A DNA stretch of 26,396 nt from Gemmatimonadales bacterium (GTDB lineage Bacteria; Gemmatimonadota; Gemmatimonadetes; Gemmatimonadales; GWC2-71-9): assembly GCA_045803465.1 (NCBI GenBank), contig JBJMOZ010000213.1, forward strand, positions 1-26,396, written 5' to 3'. Below, piece after piece: positions 8,805 to 15,831 of the stretch. A model generated the notes under the pieces. It worked only from the letters and a program-made list of their open reading frames with translations, ran no database searches and was not told where the DNA came from. Position numbers and translations under genes: made by a program. Numbering within the stretch: position 1 is the first letter of the stretch; every line of letters begins with the position of its first letter.

Positions 8805-9082
8805 CGCGACGTGCGTTGCAGGTGGCCCGGGCGCGCGTGCCGCGGGCCCGGCAGGAGGAGTACCTGACGGTGATCGCCGAACTGGCCGACGCCGCGCGTG
8901 CCGGCGGCGGGCACCTGTGGGTGTTCCGCCACCGGGAAGATGCCGAGTTGTTCATCGAGTTCCGTGAGGGAGCCGGCGAGCCGCCACGCGATCCGGCTCC
9001 CGCTGCTTCCCGCCTCGCCGCCCTCGCCACGTACGAGCCGGGCGGCGCGGAAATCTGGGAGGAATTGCCGACGGATGCCTAG
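8801..9082 (+). CDS. Small hypothetical protein (about 93 aa), possibly a dimeric alpha-beta barrel fold
   Basis: Fills the E2-to-next-gene gap in frame. GGAGG at 8789-8793 is 7 nt before a CTG at 8801 that overlaps the E2 stop (CTGA). Alternative starts are TTG 8816 and GTG 8822. Sequence includes HLWVFRHREDAELFIEFRE. Confidence 0.7.
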   Translation: MTRRALQVARARVPRARQEEYLTVIAELADAARAGGGHLWVFRHREDAELFIEFREGAGEPPRDPAPAASRLAALATYEPGGAEIWEELPTDA

Positions 9083-9341
9083 ACGACTGATCGACCGAGG
9101 TGCGGAGCAGTGGGAGGTCGCCGTGAGCGGCCGTCGCACCCAGTACACGAAGGATGAGTTCGGCCTCATCTTCACGCGCGTTGCCGGCGGGCCGGTCGAG
9201 CAGCGTGTCGCACGCTACACGCCGCTCGGGCCCAAGAGCCGAGAACTCTCGCTGGCGCGGCTCGTCGACGCCGATCTGCGTGAGCTCCTCGGGCGGTCGC
9301 AACCCTCGTGGACAGCGCCGGAGACGGGATACCGCCGGTGA
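9075..9341 (+). CDS. Small hypothetical protein, 88 aa
   Basis: ATG 9075 overlaps the previous stop, and the stop overlaps the next GTG (GTGA). Sequence MPRRLIDRGAEQWEVAVSGRRTQYTKDEFGLIF is protein-like and unlike the Arg/Ala/Pro-rich shadow ORFs. Confidence 0.75.
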   Translation: MPRRLIDRGAEQWEVAVSGRRTQYTKDEFGLIFTRVAGGPVEQRVARYTPLGPKSRELSLARLVDADLRELLGRSQPSWTAPETGYRR

Positions 9342-10207
9342 GCGACGCCGCAAGCGCCGGCGCCACCGAGCGCTGGGTTGATCTGCATGTGCACACCACC
9401 GCCTCCGACGGCGAACGCCCTCCGGCCGACGTCGTGGCGCGCGCCGCGGCGGCAGGGCTCGCCGCCATCGCCATCACCGACCACGACACGGTGGCCGGCG
9501 TGGCCGAGGCCGAGGCGGCCGGCGCATCGCGGGGCGTGCGCGTGGTGGCCGGATGCGAGTTCTCCGTCGATGCCGGCTGGGGCGAGATGCACCTCCTCGG
9601 CTACTTCCTGCCGGTCACGTCGCCGGAGCTCGCGACGTTCCTGTCGAGTGCCCGGGCGGACCGCGAGCGGCGGGCGCGCGAGATGGTCGAGAAGCTCGTG
9701 ACGGCAGGCGTGAACATCGACGACCAGATGGTGCTCGCCGCCGCGGCCGGCGGAGCCGTGGGCCGGCCGCACGTCGCGCGAGCGCTGCTCGAGATGGGGG
9801 CGGTGCGTTCGCTGGACGAAGCATTCGACCGCTATCTGGGCCGCGGTCGCGCCGCCTACGTGGACAAGCGGCTGCCGGCATTCCGCGACGTGGCGGCGCT
9901 CGTGCACCGCCTGGGTGGCGTGGTGTCGGCGGCGCACCTGAAGGATCGCGGCTCGAGGGGCAATCTCGAGCGCCTGCGCGCCGCGGGGCTCGATGCCGTC
10001 GAGACGCGGCACCCGAGCCACGATCCGGACACGCGCGCCCGGCTCACCGACCTGGTGCTCAAGCTGGGACTCGGCCGCTCGGGTGGCTCCGACTGGCACG
10101 GCGAGCCCGAGGGCGGCTGGAGCCACGGCGCCCTCGGCTCGCAGCAGGTACCGTACGAATGGCTCGAGGCGCTGGAGGCGCGCCGTCCGCAGGCGGCCGC
10201 ATGCTGA
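9338..10207 (+). CDS. PHP-domain metal-dependent phosphoesterase (TrpH/YciV-like), 289 aa
   Basis: DLHVHTTASDG, AITDHDT, GCEFS, MHLLGY, GRPHVA and GGSDWHG motifs. GTG start at 9338. Confidence 0.92.
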   Translation: MSDAASAGATERWVDLHVHTTASDGERPPADVVARAAAAGLAAIAITDHDTVAGVAEAEAAGASRGVRVVAGCEFSVDAGWGEMHLLGYFLPVTSPELATFLSSARADRERRAREMVEKLVTAGVNIDDQMVLAAAAGGAVGRPHVARALLEMGAVRSLDEAFDRYLGRGRAAYVDKRLPAFRDVAALVHRLGGVVSAAHLKDRGSRGNLERLRAAGLDAVETRHPSHDPDTRARLTDLVLKLGLGRSGGSDWHGEPEGGWSHGALGSQQVPYEWLEALEARRPQAAAC

Positions 10208-10647
10208 AGCTGCTGCGTCCCGGCGACGCGGCGCCCGACGCCGAGCTGGCCTCATCTGCAGGTGGCGTGGTGCGGCTCTCCGATTGCTGGCGCACCTCGC
10301 ATGTGCTCTTGCTGTTCTATCCGGGGAACGACACCCCCGGCTGAAACCGCCAACTCTCCGCCGTGCGCGATGAGCTGACGAAGTTCGAGGCCCGGCAGGT
10401 GCGGCCCTTCGGAGTGAACCCCGCGCCGGCCGAGCGACATTCGGAGTACGCGCAGCGTCTCGAGCTGCCATTTCCGCTCCTCAGCGATCCCGATCTCGCG
10501 GTGAGCGCTGCGTACGGGGCGGTGCATCCGGGCGGGGCGTCGATCAGCCGCACGGTGGTGCTGGTGGAGCAGGGGGGCATCGTTCGATTCGCGCAGCCCG
10601 GGGCGCCGGGCGCGGATCTCGTGCTGGAAGCGCTGGGGGAGCCATGA
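10201..10647 (+). CDS. Peroxiredoxin (AhpC/TSA, BCP-like) with in-frame TGA at the peroxidatic position; probable selenoprotein (Sec48), 148 aa
   Basis: One frame from ATG 10201: LRPGDAAPD...VLLLFYPGNDTPG-TGA(10342-10344)-NRQLSAVRD...FGVN...LPFPLLSDPD..VSAAYG..SRTVVLVEQGGIVRF. The TGA occupies the Cys of the PxxxTxxC motif. Confidence is high for the family and lower for Sec versus a nonsense mutation or sequencing error. Confidence 0.8.
10348..10380 (+). promoter_or_regulatory. Putative bacterial SECIS element
   Basis: Hand-folded imperfect hairpin from +4 to +36 after the UGA. The apical loop contains GU at +19/+20. Confidence 0.55.
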
Positions 10648-11375
10648 ACGACAACGCCGAGTTCGATTTCCGCGACCGGGTCGTCCTCGTCACCGGCGTG
10701 GGCCGCGTGGGACAGATCGGCAATGCGACTGCGCGCGCGTTCGGACGCCTGGGCGCGAAGCTCGTGATCTGCGACCTGAACGCGGTCGCCGTGACCGAGC
10801 GCGCGAAGGAGTTCGCCGGCGAGGGGATCGTCGTGCAGCCCGCGGCCGGCGATCTGACCGAGCCCGACGTGGCACGATTCGCGGTGGAGGTGGCGCTCAA
10901 GCACTTCGGACGGCTCGACGTGCTCGTCAACATCGCCGGCGGTCTCACCACGCTCGGTCCCATCGAGCAGGCCACGGTGAAGGACTTCGATCGCGAGATC
11001 GGCATCAACCTGAAGACGACGTTCGTGGTCTCCCAGGCGGCCATCCCGGCGCTCACGGAAACGAAGGGCTCCATCGTCAACGTCGCGTCCATCGCCTACA
11101 TCCAGCCGCAGGCCAACTTGGCGGTGTACACGGCGGCCAAGGCGGCCATCGCGGGCTTCACCCGGAGCCTCGCGCTCGAGCTCTTCGACCGCGGCGTGCG
11201 CGTCAACGCCATCGCGCCGGGCATGGTGCGCACCACCGACAACGTGGCGGCGGTCGGCGCCGAGGCGCATTACGTCGAGATGGAGCACATCACCGCCGGC
11301 GTGGTCTTTCTGGCCAGCCACGCCGCCGAGGCCATCACGGGCCACATCCTGCCCATCACGCGCGGCCGGCTGTAG
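10644..11375 (+). CDS. Short-chain dehydrogenase/reductase (SDR)
   Basis: VLVTGVGRVGQIG, LDVLVNIAG, IVNVAS, catalytic YTAAK and [12 protein letters not shown] overlap with the Prx stop. Confidence 0.9.
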   Translation: MNDNAEFDFRDRVVLVTGVGRVGQIGNATARAFGRLGAKLVICDLNAVAVTERAKEFAGEGIVVQPAAGDLTEPDVARFAVEVALKHFGRLDVLVNIAGGLTTLGPIEQATVKDFDREIGINLKTTFVVSQAAIPALTETKGSIVNVASIAYIQPQANLAVYTAAKAAIAGFTRSLALELFDRGVRVNAIAPGMVRTTDNVAAVGAEAHYVEMEHITAGVVFLASHAAEAITGHILPITRGRL

Positions 11376-11377
11376 CC

Positions 11378-12109
11378 GTGGAACTGGCCGGCCGGGTGGC
11401 CCTCGTCACCGGCGCCGGGCGCCGGTTGGGCCATGCCATGGCCTCGGCGCTGGCCGGCCGAGGGATGACGGTGGCCATTCACTACCGCGAGTCGCAGGCG
11501 GGCGCCGACGCGCTGCGTCGCGACATCGAGGCGGCTGGCGGTCGCGCGGCCTGCTTCGCCGCCGACCTCGCCGACCCGCAGGCCGCCCGCGCCCTGCCGG
11601 CTCGCGTCGTCGACGAGCTCGGCCGGCTCGACGTGCTCGTCAATTCGGCAGCCGTCATGCACCATCTGCGATTCGAGGACACGACCGTCGCGCAGTACGA
11701 CGAGATCCTCGACCTCAACCTGCGCTCCGTTTTCTTCTGCACGCAGGGTGCAGCCGAGGCGCTGCGCCGCGTGCACGGCAAGGTCATCAACATCGCCGAT
11801 CTTGGCGGCCTCGAGCCGTGGCCGGGCTACGCGGCCCACTCGGTGAGCAAGGCCGGCGTGGTCATGCTCACGAAGGTCCTGGCCCTGAGCCTGGCGCCGG
11901 ACGTGACCGTCAACGCCATCGCCCCTGGGGCCGTGCTGGTCCCGGAGGCCTACGACGAGGCCGAGCGCGCGCGGCTGGCCCGCACCACGCCCGCGCAACG
12001 CCTCGGCAGTCCGGACGACGTGGTGGCCGCCTTGCTCTACCTGCTGGAGGGCGGCGATTTCGTGACCGGCGAGGTGCTCGCTGTGGACGGCGGCCGGCGC
12101 CTGCGCTGA
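11378..12109 (+). CDS. SDR, pteridine reductase/FolM-like
   Basis: [23 protein letters not shown] (Asp141), HSVSK, VNAIAPG and VDGGRRL. The Asp at the catalytic Ser position is typical of PTR1/FolM. Confidence 0.85.
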   Translation: MELAGRVALVTGAGRRLGHAMASALAGRGMTVAIHYRESQAGADALRRDIEAAGGRAACFAADLADPQAARALPARVVDELGRLDVLVNSAAVMHHLRFEDTTVAQYDEILDLNLRSVFFCTQGAAEALRRVHGKVINIADLGGLEPWPGYAAHSVSKAGVVMLTKVLALSLAPDVTVNAIAPGAVLVPEAYDEAERARLARTTPAQRLGSPDDVVAALLYLLEGGDFVTGEVLAVDGGRRLR

Positions 12110-12112
12110 ACC

Positions 12113-12130
12113 GTCCCGGGCCTCCGGGAC
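12113..12130 (+). terminator. GC-rich hairpin after the SDR stop (possible terminator or pause)
   Basis: GTCCCGG-gcct-CCGGGAC perfect 7-bp stem. No clean U-tract follows. Confidence 0.35.
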
Positions 12131-12134
12131 CACC

Positions 12135-12140
12135 TATATT
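12135..12140 (+). promoter_or_regulatory. Candidate -10 element (TATATT) for trxB
   Basis: Near-consensus AT-rich hexamer in the 88-nt intergenic gap. No clear -35. Confidence 0.5.
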
Positions 12141-12197
12141 TGTATGACAGCGATCGGCGGCCGGAGTGGCCGCCCGGATACCAGTCAGAGGCAGCGC

Positions 12198-13232
12198 ATG
12201 GCAGACGAGATGGTGCAGCGGGAGACGGTGGTGGTGATTGGGAGCGGGCCGGCGGCGTGGACGGCCGCCGTGTACCTCGCACGGGCGAACCTGCACCCGC
12301 TCGTGCTCGAGGGCGCCCCGTCCCGGGAGATGATTCCGGGCGGCCAGCTCATGTACACCAGCGACATCGAGAATTTTCCGGGCTTCCCCGAGCCGGTCGG
12401 CGGCCAGGAGCTCATGGGCCGCATGCGCGAGCAGGCCGAACGCTTCGGCACGCGCATCGCGACCGATGACGTCACCCGGGTGGACTTCACCTCGTACCCG
12501 TTCCGGCTGTGGACCGGCTACAGCGGACTCGTGGAGGCGAAGGCCGTCATCATCGCCACGGGCGCGCGGGCCAACTGGATCGGCTTGCCCAACGAGGAGC
12601 GCCTCGCCCGCAACGGCGGCGGCGTCTCGGCGTGCGCGGTCTGCGACGGCGCCTTGCCGTTCTTCCGCAACCAGCGCCTCGTGGTGGTCGGGGGCGGCGA
12701 CAGCGCCATGGAAGAGGCCAGCTACCTCACCAAGTTCGCCAGCGAGGTGGTCATCGTGCATCGCCGCGACAGCTTCCGCGCGTCGAAGGTGATGGCCGAC
12801 CGTGTGCTCGCGAACCCCAAGATCCGGGTGGAGTGGAACACGCACATCGTCGACGTGCTGGGTGACGACTTCATCACGGGTGTGCGTCTCGAGGACGCCG
12901 TCACCGGGGCGCAGCGCACGCTCGAATGCGCCGGTCTGTTCGTCGCCATCGGGCATACCCCGAACACCGGCTTCCTGGCCGGGCAGCTCGCGTTGCAGGA
13001 CAGCGGCTATCTCGCCACGCCGGAACCGTGGCGCACGGTGACGAGCGTGCCCGGCGTCTTCGCTGCCGGCGACGTGATGGACGCGTACTACCGACAGGCC
13101 GTGACGGCGGCCGGCACCGGCTGCATGGCGGCGCTCGAGGCGGAGCGGTGGCTGGCGCACCATGGCGTGGAGGCGGCGCAGTCGCCCGTGGTGGAAACGG
13201 CCGAGGCGCCGACCGGAGTCGCAGGTGCCTGA
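12198..13232 (+). CDS. trxB: Thioredoxin-disulfide reductase, 344 aa
   Basis: GSGPAA, GGQL..T..IENFPGF, redox [20 protein letters not shown] and FAAGDV...[11 protein letters not shown] 12198 is preceded by GAGG. Confidence 0.95.
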   Translation: MADEMVQRETVVVIGSGPAAWTAAVYLARANLHPLVLEGAPSREMIPGGQLMYTSDIENFPGFPEPVGGQELMGRMREQAERFGTRIATDDVTRVDFTSYPFRLWTGYSGLVEAKAVIIATGARANWIGLPNEERLARNGGGVSACAVCDGALPFFRNQRLVVVGGGDSAMEEASYLTKFASEVVIVHRRDSFRASKVMADRVLANPKIRVEWNTHIVDVLGDDFITGVRLEDAVTGAQRTLECAGLFVAIGHTPNTGFLAGQLALQDSGYLATPEPWRTVTSVPGVFAAGDVMDAYYRQAVTAAGTGCMAALEAERWLAHHGVEAAQSPVVETAEAPTGVAGA

Positions 13233-13869
13233 GCTGGTCGTCACGCAACTCGTGAACGGGCGTTTCGCCGAGAATTGCTGGCTCCTCGGCGATGCGGAGA
13301 CGCATGACGCCGTGCTCATCGATCCCGGCGAGGAGCCAGCGCGGTTCCTCGCCGCGGTGCATTCAGGCGGCTGGCGTGTGAACGCCGTCTGGCTGACGCA
13401 TGCGCACATCGACCACGTGCTGGGCGTGCCCGAGGTGAGGAGCGCAACGGGCGCGCCCGTGCTGCTGCACCCGTCCGACCGGCCGCTGTACGACGGCGTG
13501 TCCGCCCAGGCGCAGTGGATGGGATTCGAGGCGGCGAGTCTGCCCGCACCCGACGGCGAGCTGGTGCCTGGCGACACACTGAGCGTGGGAGGCCTGCGCT
13601 TCACCGTGCGACACACGCCGGGCCACTCGCCCGGCAGCGTGAGCTTCGTGGGGCACGGGCGCATCTTCGGCGGCGACGTGCTGTTCCGCGAGTCGATCGG
13701 CCGCACCGACCTGCCGGGCGGCGACTTCTTCACGCTCATGCGCAGCATCCACGCCGAGTTCCTGGTGCTGCCCGACGCCACGATCGTCCACAGCGGCCAC
13801 GGGCCCGACACCACCATCGGCGCCGAGCGCGTCGACAACCCGTATCTGGCGGGAGCCATCCGCGCATGA
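13225..13869 (+). CDS. MBL-fold metallo-hydrolase (glyoxalase II/YcbL-like), 214 aa
   Basis: [25 protein letters not shown]...IGRTD and SGHG motifs. GTG start overlaps the trxB end. Confidence 0.92.
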   Translation: MPELVVTQLVNGRFAENCWLLGDAETHDAVLIDPGEEPARFLAAVHSGGWRVNAVWLTHAHIDHVLGVPEVRSATGAPVLLHPSDRPLYDGVSAQAQWMGFEAASLPAPDGELVPGDTLSVGGLRFTVRHTPGHSPGSVSFVGHGRIFGGDVLFRESIGRTDLPGGDFFTLMRSIHAEFLVLPDATIVHSGHGPDTTIGAERVDNPYLAGAIRA

Positions 13870-15116
13870 CGTCGGGCGTGCTCGTCGAGCAGCGCCTGCT
13901 GTCGGAGAGTGCCCGCGTCCCGCTCGACATCGCACGCTCGGAGCTGCCCCCGCGCCTGCGCACCGACGCCTCCCTCGGCCTGCTCGACATCTCGGAGTAC
14001 TTCTCCGACACCAGCGGCGGCGTGCGCACCTACCTCATGCAGAAGGCCCGCTACGTCGAGCGGCGTCCCGAGCTGCGCCAGGCGATCCTCGTCCCGGGCG
14101 AGGCCGATGCGATCGTCGAGACCTCGGGCGTGCGGTGCTACCGGCTGCGCGGGCCGCTCATCCCGTTCCAGGCATCGTATCGCTTCCTGCTCGCCACGCG
14201 CTCCACGAGCCGCATCGTGGCGCACGAGCGGCCCGACATCATCGAAGTGGGCAGCAACTACTTCGCGCCGTGGCTCATCCAGCGCGCCCGCCGGCACTGG
14301 GATGCGCCGGTGGTGTGGTTCTATCACGCGCACCTGCCGCGAGTGGTCGCGCCGAACGGTTCGCGGGAAGGTGCACCGCGCCGCGCCGCCGCCTCGGTCA
14401 TGGCCGCGTACAGCCGCCGCATCGCCGGCAGCGTGGCGTGCACCATCGTCGCCTCTGAATTCGTGCGACGCGAGCTCGCGCAGTTGGGCATCGCGCGCAC
14501 CGCGCGCGTGCCGCTGGGGGTGGACCTGGAGCTGCATCACCCGCGGCGCCGCGCGTGGGCGGCGGAGACGCGCCGCCGCTACGAGCTGCCCGAGGGTCCA
14601 CTGGCGCTCTATCTCGGCCGCTTCTCGCGCGAGAAGCGCGTGGACGTGGCGCTCGACGCGTGGCCCGAGGTGCATCGCCGCACCGGCGCGCACCTGGTGC
14701 TTGTGGGAGCGGGAGCCGCAGGCGCGACGCGATTCGCGTCGCGCGCCGGTATCCTCACGCGCCCATTCGAGCGGAATCGCGAGGCGGTCGCGGACCTGCA
14801 CGCGGCCGCCGACATCTATCTGGCACCTGGGCCAGCCGAGACGTTCGGCCTGGCGGCACTCGAGGCGCTCGCGTCGGCGACGCCCGTGCTGGCACCGGAT
14901 GCCGGCGGCGTCACGGAGCTCGTGGAGCGGTCGGGCGGCGGACGCATCTTCCGCACGGGCGAACGGGAGTCGCTGGCGGCGCAGGCCATCGCCCTGCTGG
15001 GCGACGATCTCGCCGTGCTCGGCGCACGCGCGCGCGAGTACGCGGAACGCGAGCACGATTGGGGATCGGTCTTCGATCGGCTGTTCGAGGTCTACCGGCA
15101 CGTCGGCCGGGGATGA
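13866..15116 (+). CDS. Glycosyltransferase family 4 (GT-B), 416 aa
   Basis: SGGVRTY, LYLGRFSREKRVD and ETFGLAALEALASATPV. ATGA overlap with the upstream gene. Confidence 0.88.
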   Translation: MTSGVLVEQRLLSESARVPLDIARSELPPRLRTDASLGLLDISEYFSDTSGGVRTYLMQKARYVERRPELRQAILVPGEADAIVETSGVRCYRLRGPLIPFQASYRFLLATRSTSRIVAHERPDIIEVGSNYFAPWLIQRARRHWDAPVVWFYHAHLPRVVAPNGSREGAPRRAAASVMAAYSRRIAGSVACTIVASEFVRRELAQLGIARTARVPLGVDLELHHPRRRAWAAETRRRYELPEGPLALYLGRFSREKRVDVALDAWPEVHRRTGAHLVLVGAGAAGATRFASRAGILTRPFERNREAVADLHAAADIYLAPGPAETFGLAALEALASATPVLAPDAGGVTELVERSGGGRIFRTGERESLAAQAIALLGDDLAVLGARAREYAEREHDWGSVFDRLFEVYRHVGRG

Positions 15117-15829
15117 CCCTCCTCGTTTCCATCCATGATGTCGCTCCGCCCAATCACGAGCCGGTCACGCGGCTGTGGGCGATGTGCCGCGCCGTGGGCG
15201 TGACGCCGGCGCTGCTCGTCGTGCCCGACTGGCATGGCGCGGCGCCGATCGAGCAGCATCCGGCGTTCGTGGCGTGGGTACGCGACGCGGCCGCCGCGGG
15301 CGCCGAGATCGTGCTGCACGGGGAGCGGCATGACGAGGTCGGGCGTCCGCGCACGCGGGCCGACGCAGTACGAGCGGCCGGCCGCACCGACCGTGAGGGC
15401 GAGTGCCTCACGCTCGAGCCCGATGCGCTGCGGCAGCTCGTCGAGCGCGGCGTCGCGCGTCTGCGTGCGCTCGGGCTCGAGCCGAGTGGCTTCATTCCGC
15501 CGGCGTGGCTGCTCAGGCCGGGCGCCGAAGTGGCGGTGGGGCAGGCGGGCCTCGCATTCACCGAGGACGCGGTCGCGATCCATCGGTTTCCCGGCGGCCG
15601 CATTCCCTCGCCCGTGGTGCGCTGGAGCGCGCGCACGCCGACGCGGGCGTGGGGCTCGGTGATGGTCGCGGCGGCGCGCTGGCGCCTGCAGCGTACGGTT
15701 CCCGTGATGCGCCTGGCCCTCCACCCACGCGACCTGTCGCATCCCGCCGTCGCGGCCTCCCTGACGCGCGCGCTCCGCGACTGGACCGGGGCGCGTCGCG
15801 TGGGCCGTTACGCCGCACTGGCGGCCTGA
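15113..15829 (+). CDS. Polysaccharide deacetylase-like protein (DUF2334 family), 238 aa
   Basis: SIHDVAP, LHGERH, FIPPAW and RLALHP, a NodB-like motif pattern. ATGA overlap with GT4. Confidence 0.8.
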   Translation: MTLLVSIHDVAPPNHEPVTRLWAMCRAVGVTPALLVVPDWHGAAPIEQHPAFVAWVRDAAAAGAEIVLHGERHDEVGRPRTRADAVRAAGRTDREGECLTLEPDALRQLVERGVARLRALGLEPSGFIPPAWLLRPGAEVAVGQAGLAFTEDAVAIHRFPGGRIPSPVVRWSARTPTRAWGSVMVAAARWRLQRTVPVMRLALHPRDLSHPAVAASLTRALRDWTGARRVGRYAALAA

Positions 15830-15831
15830 CG

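Noticed and set aside
8099-9082. 327-aa ORF overlapping E2, suggesting a programmed frameshift fusion
   Set aside because: E2 is complete with its own catalytic motif and stop. Only the last 93 codons look protein-like and they have their own SD. No slippery site was seen.
10342-10344. Alternative genetic code (UGA = Trp or Gly)
   Set aside because: TGA ends many clear genes here (1775, 7379, 8804, 10207, 21007 and others) and Trp is encoded by TGG. Only this TGA sits at a catalytic Cys site.
10363-10647. Independent 94-aa gene from the ORF track
   Set aside because: It lacks the catalytic motif and is the in-frame C-terminal part of the peroxiredoxin.
12144-12197. Longer trxB start at ATG 12144
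   Set aside because: Only 3 nt after the candidate -10, so probably upstream of +1. ATG 12198 has an SD.
11910-15101. 1063-aa antisense ORF, and similar long minus-strand ORFs (1622-3514, 7083-8720, 20764-22446, 23432-25171)
   Set aside because: Shadow ORFs opposite well-supported genes. High GC3 depletes stop codons, and the translations are Arg/Ala/Gly-rich with no motifs.
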